A DNA stretch of 64,000 nucleotides from Scyliorhinus canicula (Eukaryota), in contig NC_052153.1 in NCBI RefSeq assembly GCF_902713615.1, positions 135,821,879 through 135,885,878 on the forward strand, written 5' to 3'. The translations under genes and the position numbers were made by a program. This document shows positions 26,381 through 39,080 of this stretch, piece after piece (within the stretch, counting starts at the first letter, position 1; the number at the start of each line of letters is the position of its first letter). The notes under the pieces were generated by a model, which was not told the origin of the DNA, searched no databases, and was given only the letters and a program-made list of their open reading frames with translations.

Positions 26381-27050
26381 AGGTTAAATCTCACGTGATC
26401 CAGGATGAGGTAGCCAATTGGATACAAAATTGGCTTGACAACAGAAGACAAAGGGTGGTTGTAGAGGGTTGTTTTTTAAACTGGAGGCCTGTGACCAGCG
26501 GTGTACCTCAGGGATCAGTGCTGGGTCCACTGTTATTTGTTATTTATATTAATGATTTGGATGAGAATTTAGGAGGCATGGTTAGAAGTTTGCAGATGAC
26601 ACCAAGATTGGTGACATAGTGGACAATGAAGAAGGTTATCTCGGATTGCAACGGGATCTTGATCAATTGAGCCAGATGGATGGCAGATGAAGTTCAATTT
26701 AGATAAATGTGAGGTGATGCATTTTGGTAGATCAAATCAGGGCAGGACCAACTCAGTTAATGGCAGTGATGTGGGGAAAGTTATAGAACAAAGAGATCTA
26801 GGTGTACAGGTTCATAGCTACTTGAAGGTGGAGTCTCAGGTGGACAGGGTGGTGAAGAAGGCATTCAGCATGCTAGGTTTTATTGGTTATTGAATACAGA
26901 AGTTGGGGCGTCTTGTTGAAGTTGTACAAGACATTGGTTAGATCACACATGGAATACTATGTATAGTTCTGTTCACCCTATTATAGGAAGGATATTATTA
27001 AAGTAGAAAGAGTGCAGAAAAGATTTACTCGGATGCTAACGGAACTTGAT
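26381..27050 (+). mobile_element. CR1 RT fragment (begins about 26105, before the SINE)
   Basis: [17 protein letters not shown]...[24 protein letters not shown]. Confidence 0.9.
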
Positions 27051-27950
27051 AGTTGGGGATGTTGATAGTTGGGGATTCATTGATGGTAATGCTATTGAAA
27101 GTCAAGGGATGATGGTTTGATTCTCGCTTATTGGAGATGGTTTTTGCCTGGCTCTTGTGTAGCATGAATGATACCTGCCACTTGTCAGCCTGAGCCTGGA
27201 TATTGCTACGGTCCTGCTGCATTTGCACGGGAACTGCTGATTTGATGGTAATGGTAGAGTGGGGGATATGCTGGGTTACAGATTTTGATTGAGTACAATT
27301 CTGCTGCTGCTGATGCCCCCCAGTGCCTTATAGATGTCCAGTCTCATGTTGCTAGATCTGTTCTGAATCTATCCCTTTAGCATGACGGTAGTTCCACACT
27401 TAATGTCAAGACGGGACCTTTCTCCACAGAAACTGTGCAGCGGTCATTCCTGCTGATATTGTCATTGACAGATGCATCTGCGGTAGGCATGTTGGTGAGG
27501 ATGAGGTCTTGTATGTTTTTTCTCTTGTTGGTTCCCTCACCACCTGTCGCAGACCCAGTCAAGCAAATATGTCCTTTAGGACTCAGCCAACTCAGTCAGT
27601 ACACTGAAGCAGTTTATGTGCAAATGCAGCAAGACCTTGGCAATGTCCAGGCATGGGCTGACAAGTAGAGCTACCGAGCTACTCTTGGTGATGGATATTG
27701 AAGTCCCCACCCAGAGTACATTCTGTGCCCTTGCCACCCTCAGCACTTCCTCCATGTGGTGTTCAACATGGAGGAGTACTGATTTATCAGCTGACGGTGG
27801 ACAGTACCTGATATTTTGCAGGAATGTCCTTGCCCATGTTTGACCTGAAACCATAAGATTTCAGAATCAATGTTGAGGACTCCCAAGGCAACTCCCTCCT
27901 GATGCATGCCACTGTGCCCTGCCACCTCTGCTGGATCTGTCCTGCTGTTG
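27050..27950 (-). mobile_element. Older CR1/L2-group LINE fragments (endonuclease and RT end)
   Basis: Minus strand ARAQNVLWVG, DLILTNMP, QAQADKWQV. Confidence 0.65.
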
Positions 27951-29134
27951 GGACAATTAAATCACTGGATTGTCATAAAACACCCAGCTGATATACTAGT
28001 CTTTTAGGAAAGGAAATCTTCAGTCCTCACCCGGTATAGCCTACTTGTGACTCCAGATCCATAACGATATGGTCACAGACAGTGACCAATCTGGGAATCG
28101 AACCAGGGTCCCTGGCGCTGTGAAACAATAGTGCTAACAACTGTGCTACTGTGCCGCCCAATAAAAAGGAAAGAAACAGGATGGACCATGTGGAATTGAC
28201 CTGGGCACTGGAAATGACAATGGTCAACCCAACTCTGTTGACTCTGCAAAGTCCTCCGTATTAACATCTGGGGCATTGTGCTAAAATTGCGAGAGCTATC
28301 TCACAGGCTAGCCAAGCAACAGCCTGACATGGTCATACTCATGGAATAATACCTTACAGATAACATCCCAGACACATCATAGCCCCTGGCATTCTGTGTG
28401 TTCTTCTTTTCTAGGAAGAATGCACTGTATTAATTCACACTTGAGTATCTGGATTCTGCACTCATAATTAGTGGTTTTGCCGAATGGATGATAATAATGA
28501 TCAGTGTAAGGGAGCATTGACAAAGCGCATGAGATTTCAATGTTCCAGTATGCAATACAGAATATACGACATTTGACATTAGGGCTGACAAGTTACTTCC
28601 TTCAAGGGCATGGATCATACTGCATTGCAACTGTTCTTGGAAATACCTATGTACTTCCTTGTGATTCAAATATCTGCACTCTTATTCAGCTGAAAACAAT
28701 TACCTTTGTTCACCTGGCAAAATTATTAAACTTCTTCTGATACAGCATTGCATCCATCACTTTGGCCAACACTAATTTCACATTAAATTCAGAGAAGTTG
28801 GATGCTTCTTGGTTTCAGAAGGCATAAGTCATGGTCTACTGCACCTTACACTTTTCATTTAAGTGCCCACAGACTTTTATGTCGGTATTTTTATTTGTTG
28901 AGATTATTCCTTTAAATCCAGTCACAAGACATATAAAGTAAGCCACTATTTGGCATATAAAGTAAGCTGCCATTAACAAAACAGGTTTAAAATGCAAATA
29001 AATTCAGTATATACAATGTCAAGTTGGTTTATTTCAATGTCATGCTTCAGTGGAGCTACCAAACTGCTTTAGAAGAAACAAACTGTGATTTGTTTTATGA
29101 ACTACATTATGGTCAATTATTTATCAATGTTAAT

Positions 29135-30890
29135 GCACAGGGGAATAACTGCAGAAGATTGGGGAAAGCTTTAGAAACCAGCAAAGGATGACTGAAATAA
29201 TATTAAGAGGTAGAAATTGGAGTATGAGCGAAAAGTAGCAAGGAAAACAAAAAGAGAACAAAAGCTTTGATAAATTAATTTAAAAAAAGAGTACGCTATG
29301 GTAAGCATTGATTCCTTGGACTGTGAGACTGGGGAATTCATGATGGGAAACTAGAAAATGGTGGAAGCGTTGAATAGGTATTTTGTACCTGTCTTCACAG
29401 CAGAAGACACAAAAAGTATCTCATGAATAGTAGAACACCAAGAGGGCAGGAGGAATGTAAAAGAATCAATGTCACTACAGGAAGTGTAATCAGAATACTA
29501 ATTGGGCTAAAGGCTGACAAGTCCCCTGGACTTGATAGTCTTTATCCTCGGGTCTTAAAAGAAGTGGTTGCAGACATATTGGATTCATTAGTTGTAATCT
29601 TCCAAAATTCCCCAGATTCTTAAAAGGTTGCAGCGGATTGGAAACCAATTTAACCAAGATGTAACTCCTCTATTTAAGAAAGGAGTGAGGAATAAAGTGG
29701 GGAACTATAGGCCTAACATCTGTCATTTGCAAAATACTAGAATTCACTATTAAAGAGGACATTTAAAATATACTATCATCAAAGTAAACATGATTTTGTG
29801 AAAGGGAAATAGTGTTTGACAAATTTATTAGAGTTCTTTGAGGATGAAACAAGCAGGACAGATAAAGGGGAATCAGTGGATGTAGTGGATTTGGATTTCT
29901 AAAAGCATTCAATCAAGTGCTACATGAAAGGTTACTTCACAAAATATGAGCTTATGGTATTGGAGGTGATATATTAATATGATAGTGAACTGGCTAACTG
30001 ACAGGAAAGAGAATTGTGATAAATGGGTCATTTTCAAGATGGCAAACTAGTGCATTTCCACAGGGATCAGTGCATGGGGCCGCAAGTTTTTATGATCCAT
30101 ATCAATAACGTGGATGAAAGGACTGAATGTATTTTTGCCACATTTTCTGATGATACAAACATAGATTGGAAAGCAAGCTGTGAGGAGGATGCAATAAATC
30201 TGCAAGGGGATATGGACAGGTTAAATGAGTGATCAAACATTTGGCAGATGGAACATAATGTGCGAAAATGTAAGGTTGTCTTCTTTGGCAGGAAGAATAG
30301 AAAAGCAGATTATTTAAATAGATAGTTTGTAGAACGCTATTGTGTAGAGAGATCTGGATGTCCTTGCATATGAACCACAAAAAGTCAGCATGTAATATAA
30401 AAGTAGAGGAGTCTTTCTATAACTAAGTCATTGGTGAGACCTCACCTAAAGTACTGTGAACCGTTGTGATCACTTTATTTAAGGAGGGACATACTTCCTT
30501 TGGATGCAATTCAAAGAAAGCTCACAAAGCTGATACCTGGGATGAGGGGTTTGTCTTATGAGGGAAGATTGAGCAGGTTGGCCTATATTTATTGGAGTTT
30601 AGAAGAATGAGAGGTGATATTATTGAAACATAAGATTCTGAAGGGCCTTAGCAGAGTAAATGTGAATGTTTCCCCACATGAAGGAATCTAGAATTAGAGG
30701 GCACAGTTTCAAAATAAAGGGTCTCCTATTGAAGATGCAGTTGAGCAGGAATTTCTTCTCTTAGAGGTTTTGTAATGTTTGGAATTCTCCTGTCCAAAAA
30801 GCAGGAGGCAGAAAATTGGAGTTAGGGCCACAATCAGATCAACCATGACTGTGGAACAGAATTGATGGGTTGAGTAGCCTACTCCTATTT
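29135..30890 (+). mobile_element. CR1 LINE, decayed
   Basis: GLKADKSPGLDSLYPRVLKEV..., TNLLEFFED, and a 3' end. Confidence 0.88.
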
Positions 30891-30944
30891 CTTTGCAATT
30901 TGGGCTTGACTTTGGAAATGCAGCAACAGTCCTCTCCTTATTCC

Positions 30945-31260
30945 AGGCAGCCCCTCAGGATCATGGATGACTTGCTTTCACTCTGGATTGATGGATTCTG
31001 AGATGTTTAATAGCTCCAATGCATGGTCTGCAGACTCTGCCACATGTAGGGGTGGTGATTCTTGAATGGTCAGGCACACAAGGTGTTTGGAGTTTAGTGC
31101 CTCAACTTCACCTCTGCATGCTCCTGATGAAGTCTCTCAATGTGTTTGGTGTCTTCCCGAATAAACCGTCTACATTTTGGTCAGTCATAAACCAGGGATT
31201 GGCATGTGCCAGTGGGGATGTTTGATCTCTTTACAAATTCCTAAAGCATTTCTGCTGTCC
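30945..31260 (-). mobile_element. Probable RTE-type LINE 3' fragment
   Basis: aggcagcccctcaggatcatggatgacttgctttcac resembles the reverse-complement 3' end of shark RTE elements (from recall). Confidence 0.4.
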
Positions 31261-31978
31261 TTTATAAGTCTTTATAAGAGCTGAAGAATTTGGCTAGTTA
31301 TGCTTAACTTTACAAATGTACATTCAAACAGCTCCCTGTGTGATTTCTGCCACAGATCACCATGTTTGAAATGGCTATGATATAAACTTGAACACAATCA
31401 TCATTTTCACAGCCACAGGTAGAACTGGCTGGGTCAATGATCGTCGCAATTTGCCCTATCAGTAACTGGTGTAGCTCCCTCATGGCCCCTTTGGTGAATT
31501 TTACACTTGCAGAATTTCTAATTAAGATCTGCATATATATATCTAAATTCATTGAGGTTGAGTAATCATTGAGTAATATTTTGGTGAATGCTGGGGCCTG
31601 ATACCCTACTCTAGGTGCAATTCCAGCAACATCCAGGGATGGTGTACTGGCACAGAAACATTTTTAATATTCATTTATGGAGGCCAGAATGTTCTCGTCT
31701 CGTCAGAAGAACCTGGAATGTTCCCTGCCAACCAGCAGGGTAACCCACTACACGCAATTGTGTGTCCCCTGCTGAAGTAATTATGCATGGGTACAGTTCA
31801 TAATACGTCTCTTGGCGAGGCAGATGGGAAGTCGCACTCCCCGCTGTCATTTCTGGCTATTTAAATGGCACCCTGACAGCCAGTGATTTTATGATGTGCA
31901 AAATTAGTTCCCGAAGAGTTTCAGCGGGAAAGGTGACAGCAAGTTCCTGCCATCATTTCTCGCCATGGAGAGAATAAG

Positions 31979-32750
31979 GGGCGAAATTCTCTGAGGACCT
32001 GCATGACGCCCATTTCCGGTGGGCAAAAGCAGCGCCGGTGACTCCGGCGTCGGGGCCTTCTTTTAAGCCCTAAATCTCCGTTCCCGAAAGGGCCAGCAGC
32101 AGACTGACGCTATACGCGTCAGTTTCACCCGCAGCGGAAGTGGCGCATCGGGTGACATCATCATCGTCGCCCGGCGTTTGGGGGGGGGGGAGGAGTACTG
32201 GCGTTTGTGTGGGGGGGGGGAGTATCGGCATTTGGTAGGGGGGAGTACTGGGGGGGGGGGAGTACTGCCGTTTGGGGGGGGGGGAGGAGTACTGGCGTTT
32301 GTGTGGGGGGGGGAGTACCGGCGTTTGGGGGGAGAGTACCGGCGTTTGGGGGGAGGGGGAGTATCGGCATTTGGGGGGGGGGAGTACTGGGGGGGGGGGG
32401 AGTACTGCCGTTTGGGGGGGGGAGTACCGGCGTTTGGGGGGGGGAGGAGAGTATCGGCGTTTGTGTGGGGGGGGGGGAGGAGAGTACCGGCATTTGTGGG
32501 GAGGGGAGGAGAGTACCGGCGTTTGTGGGGGGGGGGGGGGGAGGAGAGTACCGGCGTTTGTGTGGGGGGGGAGTACCGGCGTTTGTGGGGGGGGGTAGCG
32601 GCGTTGGAGAGGGGTGGGGGGTAGGGGTGAGGGGTAGGAGTAGAGGTATGGGGTGGGGGTAGGGGTAGGGGGTTGGGGTAGGGGGTAGCGGCGTGCAGAG
32701 GGGGAATGGGGCGACGCTGCGTTGGCCCCGGGCATCCATTGGATGGGGGC
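31979..32750. mobile_element. GC-rich Harbinger-type element, left end only
   Basis: TIR gggcgaaattctc at 31979 and CpG-rich interior; no right TIR found. Confidence 0.65.
32170..32600. repeat. G-rich minisatellite
   Basis: Roughly 17-20 units of ggcgtttg(tgt)G(6-15)(ag)gagta(c/t)(c/t), followed by (ggggta)-like repeats up to about 32690. Confidence 0.92.
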
Positions 32751-32804
32751 ATCAGCAGATCTTCCTCAAGGCTCCCCTTCCTCCCAGCTGCCTTGTCTTT
32801 GTTT

Positions 32805-32868
32805 GAGAGAGAGAGAGAGAGAGAGATTGAGATTGTGGGGACAGACAGAGAGAGAGAGACAGAGAGAG
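32805..32868. repeat. Interrupted (GA)n microsatellite
   Basis: Direct inspection. Confidence 0.85.
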
Positions 32869-33114
32869 GGAGTCCCGTCCGTCCTCTAGCTGAGAGCAGG
32901 GCTTTGGTGAGTATATTGCAATCTGCCTAAACCCAGGAATATTGCCTGGTTAGAATGCAGAGGGAAATGCTGGGATCCCGGGGTGGAAGATGTGTCTGGA
33001 TTTGTCTATTTCAGCTTCACCCTCTGCGATTTCAGGTCAGTTTCACAACAACAGGAAAAACGCGCGGAGAGAGAGGGAAAAACTTTTGGCAAAGTTTCTG
33101 GGTTCTGCCTTTAT

Positions 33115-33150
33115 AATTCACAGCGCAGAAAGGGTTCTGCGCTGTGAATT
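33115..33150. repeat. Perfect 16-bp inverted repeat with 4-nt loop
   Basis: aattcacagcgcagaa-aggg-ttctgcgctgtgaatt. Confidence 0.95.
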
Positions 33151-33253
33151 GTCAAGGCACCTTTTCTAATCCTGGGGAGAAACAACCTTTTGAAGAGTCT
33201 GAGGAAATAAGCAGGAATTTGGATTAATTCTGCCTCCCCACCCCCTGGGCCTC

Positions 33254-33320
33254 TTTCTCCTCCCTCCCCCTTTCTCCTCCCTCCCCCTTTCTCCTCCCTC
33301 CCCCTTTCTCCTCCCTCCCC
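33254..33320. repeat. 17-bp polypyrimidine tandem repeat, four copies
   Basis: (tttctcctccctccccc) x4. Confidence 0.9.
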
Positions 33321-33322
33321 AG

Positions 33323-34120
33323 TTTATGCTGGGGCTACATAAAACATTACTTAGGCCACAACCTGAGTACTGTGTGCAGCTCCTCCAAGTTCAGTTAAGG
33401 CCTTGGATAACTGCCTGTGGAGTTTGCACATTCTCCCCTTATTTGCGTGGATTTCCTCCAGGTGCTCCAGTTTCCTCCCACAGTCCAAAGATGTGTAGAT
33501 TAGGTGGATTGGCCGTGCTGAAAATTGCAGCCTCAAGTTGCAAAGGTTAGCTGGGGTTACAGGCATAGGGCAGGGTGTTGTTTTGGAGGCTCGGTGCAGA
33601 CTCGTTAGGCCGAATGGCCTCCTTTTGAACTGTAGGGATTCCATGGATTCCAGCAAGGGTGCAATTGCATTAGAGAGGGTACAGAGATTTACGAGGACTG
33701 GAAAATACAGGTATGAGGAAATATTGGACAGACTGAGGTCGTTCTTGGAACAGAGGAGGTTGAGGAGAGATTTGACTAAGATGTACAAAATAGTGAAGGG
33801 CCTGGACAGACTAGATTTACCTGAGCAGAGAGGTCAGTGAATAGGAGGCAGAGAGCTAAAGTGATTGATAGAAAGATTAGAGGGGAGATGAGCAATGTTT
33901 TTTTCACCCAGAGGGTGGCATGGGTCTCGAGCGCACTGCCTGAATAGCAAGTCGAGGCAGAAACCCGAAACTCTTTTCAAAGGTGTCTGAATATGCAGCT
34001 CAAGGATCGTAACCTGTAGGGTGAAGGATCAAATGCTGGCAAGTAGAATTTGGCTGGTTGGCGCAGACACGATGGGCAAGTTGCCTCTTTCTGTGCCATA
34101 ATGTTTTTATGATTCTATGA
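33323..34120 (+). mobile_element. CR1 3' fragment with nested 5'-truncated HE1 SINE (about 33385-33650)
   Basis: LRPQPEYCVQ...ALERVQRFTR...EQRRLRRDL and CR1 tail. Confidence 0.85.
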
Positions 34121-34219
34121 ATGTAGTAAGAGGATGAGCTATGTCATTATATGATATATAAGTATGATGCCACAAGAAGAGCTTAAAAATTGGGTTTGTT
34201 TTTTCATTTGCGCTGACAG

Positions 34220-34569
34220 ACATAAACACAAGACACAATTTATTGTGTTATTTCTACAGAAAGCTGCAAATATTTTGCTTGTTTTTATTTTAGAATGTGT
34301 TCTAAATTCTACATGAATTGTACATCCAAGTTAGTCACAGTGACTTAAAATTTACTTTTCTATAACTATGTAAAAAACCTTACAGGAAATGCTTTTAAAA
34401 ATTTGATTCAAGACTAAAGTCAACATCAGTTGAACATTACAAAAATGTAGTACAAACATGAGAAGTGTAACACTGCTCTACATTTTTAAATGCAAAATTT
34501 TAGTGCAAAAAGAAGTATGCCTGTAAAGTATAAAAATATGGACAAATTTGATTTAAAAAGCACAAAAGG
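34220..34569 (-). other. ADGRV1: ADGRV1 3' UTR (approximate)
   Basis: AT-rich, non-repetitive sequence downstream of the stop codon, ending shortly after two AATAAA signals. The true cleavage site is not known. Confidence 0.6.
34239..34289 (-). terminator. Two candidate polyadenylation signals (AATAAA) for ADGRV1
   Basis: tttatt on the plus strand at 34239-34244 and 34284-34289, about 280-330 nt after the stop codon. Confidence 0.6.
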
Positions 34570-34688
34570 TTAGAGGTGAGTGTCTGCTATTGGTATTCTT
34601 CGGAGCTCCACAATCTGAGAGTTAGCAATGCTTCCACCATCTTGGCTTCCGTGATATGACTCATTATCACTGGCATTGAGGCCTGCAC
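34570..34688 (-). CDS. ADGRV1: ADGRV1 terminal coding exon with C-terminal PDZ-binding motif DTHL
   Basis: Acceptor ttcttcttgtctcag|GTGCAGGC. The 119 nt are 2 + 39 codons: (G)[38 protein letters not shown] with TAA at 34572-34570. This matches the known vertebrate ADGRV1 C-terminus. Confidence 0.97.
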
Positions 34689-35499
34689 CTGAGACAAGAA
34701 GAAACATTAACTCAGAATAACCCGGAGAGGCATATTTGTCCTTTTCAACAGGTAATTCCAGGATTTACGGTCTGGAAATAACTGAAACCTTTGAAGGTTA
34801 TCTTTTTGAATATGGTAGCACAGAAATTCTCCAAATGGCTCAGATGATAAATAAACCATGTGGCATGATACTGAACCAGATGTTACGCTGAGCAAGTTGG
34901 TGGACAAATTGGGAGAGCACTTATTGAACCATAATTGGTCTCAGTGTCTCTCGAATAAAGTTATTAAAAAATCAGCAAAGGTTCCTGCTTCTCATTGTTA
35001 TCCTGTAACTCCTGTTAGAAGGAACACATGTGAATACTGGTGAGGACAGGATTTAGTTTAAATTCCAACTCATCAAACATTCTATGACCCTTATCCTAGC
35101 AAAAAATAAAGTTGTGCTTTTCCTTTTCATTGCCGGGCTCTACAGGTTCCTTTTCTGAAGTGTTGACTTCAAAATCCTTGCTTCTGTGCACAAAGCGTCC
35201 TCTTTACCCACCTACTTTTACAAACTGCTCCTGTTTTATACTTTCTTTAATTGAATATTCAAATAACGTTGCACTGGAAGAGGCCATTCAGGCCACCACG
35301 ACAGTTGTTTAATACAGACATCCAATTAATCCCACTTCCCTGCTCTTTTCTCACAGCCCTGTAGTTCTTCTTCCCTCTTGTACTTAGCTAATTCTCTTTT
35401 GAATGATATTATTGAATCTGTTTCCACTCTCTCAGGCAGTGCATTTCAGATCACAACAACTTGCTGAGTAAGAAAAGCTTCTTCATGTCACCTATACAG

Positions 35500-36058
35500 G
35501 TCATAGAATCACAGAGGTTTACAGCATGAAAACAAACCCTTCGGCCCAACTTGTCCATGTCGCCCAGTTTTTACCACCAAGCTAGCCCCAATTGCCCGCA
35601 TTTGGTCATAACCCTCTATACCCAACTTTCCCATATAACTCTCCAAATGCTTTTTAAAAGACAAAATTGTACCCGCCTTTACTACTGCCTCTGGCAGCTC
35701 ATTCCAGACACTCACCACCCTCTGTGTGAAAAAACTGCCCCACTGGACCCTTTTGTATCTCTCCCCTCTTAACTTAAACCTATGCCCTCTAGTTTAAGAC
35801 TCCCCTACCTTTGGTAAAAGATGTTGACTATCTACTTGATCTATGCCCCTCATTATAATTATAGACCTGTATAAGATTACCCCTAAGCCTCCGACGCTCC
35901 AAGGAAAAAAGTCCCAGTCTATCGAGCCTCTCCTTATAACTCAAACCTTCAAGTCCCGTTAGTATCTTTGCAAATCTTTTCCACACTCTTTCTAGTTTAA
36001 TAATATCCTTTCTATAACAGGGTGACCAGAACTGTACACAGTATTCCAAGTGTGGCCT
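35500..36058 (-). mobile_element. CR1 3' fragment in the last ADGRV1 intron
   Basis: [21 protein letters not shown]...[11 protein letters not shown]. Confidence 0.9.
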
Positions 36059-37143
36059 TTAGTTCGTCAGCTAATCATCTTAAATTTGTGTCATGTTGCC
36101 AAACCAGCTTCACTTTTATTTATTCTCTAATTCACTGCTCCATCTCCCTAATTCTGAAAACCCAGACACTGTCACTGCTGGTCCATACGTGTTACAACCA
36201 TTGAGTCAACAGGTTACCTAATCCTTTGTTCAGACTGCAAGAACACTGCAACACTTTCTGTCAAATCCAGGAACTCACCATGACATTTGCAAAAACACCC
36301 CGGAGCACCTCCAGATTCTGCAGGAGCAGAAGTTGTTAAAAATACCTTACCTGCAATTTTGTGCTTGGCCATTTAAATAATTCTAATGCAATGCACACCT
36401 TGCAACTGAATATTGCTCTTTTTACAGCAAGGACAAAAGTTATTTTCTGGATAGTTGGAGTAGCATTGTACTATAATTGTTCTCTGTGACTCTCGACCTT
36501 TTGAGCCTCCAGTATATACTCTAGATACCAGTGTAGATGTCAGTGGAGGCAGCGATCAAACTGAAACTCATGCCCTTGAACACAATACTTCTTGGGCTGT
36601 AAGTAATCAGGCCTTGTTAAAAGTCATGTAATATTTTCCTTCTTCTGAAGAACTTTATATAATTCCATATCCATTTTAGTTCTCTTTGTAAGATCCAACA
36701 GAATCAAAATTGATAATTTGCTGTCAGTCACTTGATTATATCAATACTGTATGTACCGGCATTTAGTTAAAAAAGTAGGACCACCCAAGGAGATGATAGC
36801 CCATCAGGAGCAAAGAATTTTAGTACTAGGTCCAATTTATGAATCATAGCAGTTGCTACGCCATGTTGCTAGGTCACAAAGTGCACATATAAATTGGTTT
36901 TATTATAGTGATGTCTATTTTAAGAGTTGCACTTGACTCATACCTGAATAGCCCTTAATGTCCCATAACACATGCTGAGCATACACCTTTAATTTACTAT
37001 TGTTAAAATAGAATACCGGTACATAATGACTGTACTCCCACAAAGCTCTACGCTGTAGGTCTACACAGAATAATTCTTCATAGAGATCTACATTTAATGG
37101 ACAACAATGTCATGAAATCAATTAGCAAACAGTTTTCTGATTT

Positions 37144-37475
37144 GGGGTGGCACAGTGGTTAGCACTGCTGCCTCACAGTTGCAGGGACTCCGCTTCAATT
37201 CCGGCCTCCAATCACTGTCTGTGTGGAGTTTTCACTTTCTCCCCGTGTCTACGTGGGTTTCCTCTGGGTGCTCCGGTTTCTTCCCACAGTCCAGACATGT
37301 GCAGGTAAGGTGGATTGACCATGATCAATTGCCCCTTAGTGTCTTAGGTGGGGTTGTTGCGTTACGGAGATATGGTGGGGGCCTGAACCTAGGTATGGTA
37401 CGTTCCAAAGGGCAGTGCCAACTTGATGGGCCGAATGTTCTCTTCCTGCACTGTAGCGATTCTATAATTCCATGA
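37144..37475 (+). mobile_element. HE1/V-SINE copy
   Basis: Head, V domain and tail. Confidence 0.85.
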
Positions 37476-37579
37476 TAGGAAAAATAGCTGCAGTGGGCTG
37501 CATCTTACCAACCCTTGGGGATAGACTGGGAGGTGGGAATGTTGGCACAATTACATGAAAAGGCGATGGGTGGCCAAAG

Positions 37580-38050
37580 ATTCACAACCTTTTGAGTAAA
37601 GTAATTACTCCTCATCTCAGCCATAAATGATTGACCTCTTATGCTGAGACTGACTGTGCCCTAATGTTTTAGTTTCTTCAATCAGCAGAGACAACCACTG
37701 TGTCTACCCTGACAAGCCCTTTCAGAACTTTATATGTTCCAATTAGATCACCTCTCATTATTTTAAACTCCAGAGAATATATGCCCGATTTATCTTGTTT
37801 CCAATTTTAGGACAATCCCTTCACCTTAGATCTAGGAGAACCTTCACTGCACCACTTCCAATACAAGGCTATCTTCCTTAGATTTGGAGGCTAAAACTGC
37901 ATACGGTATTCCAGGTGTGGTCTCACCAAACCCCTGTTCAACTATAGCAAGACTTATTTATTCCTGTATTCCAATTGCCTTACAATAAAGGCTAACATAC
38001 TATTTTCCTTCCCAATTGCTTGTTGCACCTGCATGTTAACTTTCTGTGTT
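37580..38050 (-). mobile_element. CR1 fragment
   Basis: Reverse complement of the [11 protein letters not shown] region. Confidence 0.75.
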
Positions 38051-39080
38051 TCTATGGCACACCACTCGGAATCATGTTTACGTGTAGCTTACATAAGGCC
38101 TGGTTCGGACAGAAACTTTGCCCACATCATATTTGGTACTGATTCAGAATGGGCAGCAATAACGAGAGGAATAAATTCCTTGAATTTCCTAATGACCTGG
38201 ACATTGCGATGAATTAGCATTTAGATGGAGCTCACCTGGAACCTGGTCTAGACCGCTTAAAGATGCCTACTCCATAATGTAGCTCCTTATAATGGAGGCT
38301 GATTGGACTGCATAAAAAAAATCTCCTTTAGCATGTCAAGTGAAGACCCTCCCCGCCCCATGTATTTACACATACAATCTTAGAAATAGCTTACCTTGGA
38401 TATGTTGGGCACTTTTTGTGACACATTTCCTATTGTCTTCCCTCCCTACATGGGTAGAAAGTTAGCTAGTTGCAAATTAATGAGATTCTGGGGCTGCCAC
38501 TGCCATTCTCATGTAAGTCGACTACCTGCGTGCCCAGGAGTTAAAATTCTCACCCATAACTCTGACATTCATTTGGACCCAAAGAATACACCAAACATTA
38601 GTAAAACTGTTCTGTGTACTATGATTAAACATCAACAAAGCTACTGTGCCAGATGAGAAGCGTCCTAGATTTCTCAAGAAATTAAGAGTGACATTTGTGA
38701 TGCTTTGGTTGGTATTTTTCAGAGTTCCATAAGAACCAAAGATGTAGCTGAGGCCAGAAGCATTGCAAATGTAGATCCAATGACCAAAGAGGACAGTTTG
38801 CTTAATGAACATTGCAGCAAAAATACTTGTGGACATTTCTGCAATGCAGTTGAGAGATACAGACCATACAATTGGACGTGGGCAGCAAACAATGGACCCA
38901 GGGACAAAAGTACCAAATTCAAAGTCTCAATTAAGACTAGAGATTAAAGAAAAATACCTTTATTCCACAGAATACTGGAATATAGAACAAAGTTCCAGAT
39001 TAAGTAGTAGAATCAGGAATAATTGGCATTTTTGAAGAAACTGAAGTGCTATCGTTTGAGAAAGGGGATTGAAAGTTATA

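Noticed and set aside
31310-31552. 80-aa Cys-containing ORF in unique sequence
   Set aside because: Short, no recognisable family and no convincing donor site.
32170-32600. Repeat-spacer periodicity resembling a CRISPR array
   Set aside because: The spacers are G homopolymers, the DNA is vertebrate and there are no cas genes.
32063-32752. Six overlapping Pro-rich or Gly-rich ORFs up to 229 aa (extensin-like)
   Set aside because: They are translations of the G-rich minisatellite, open in all frames because stops are absent.
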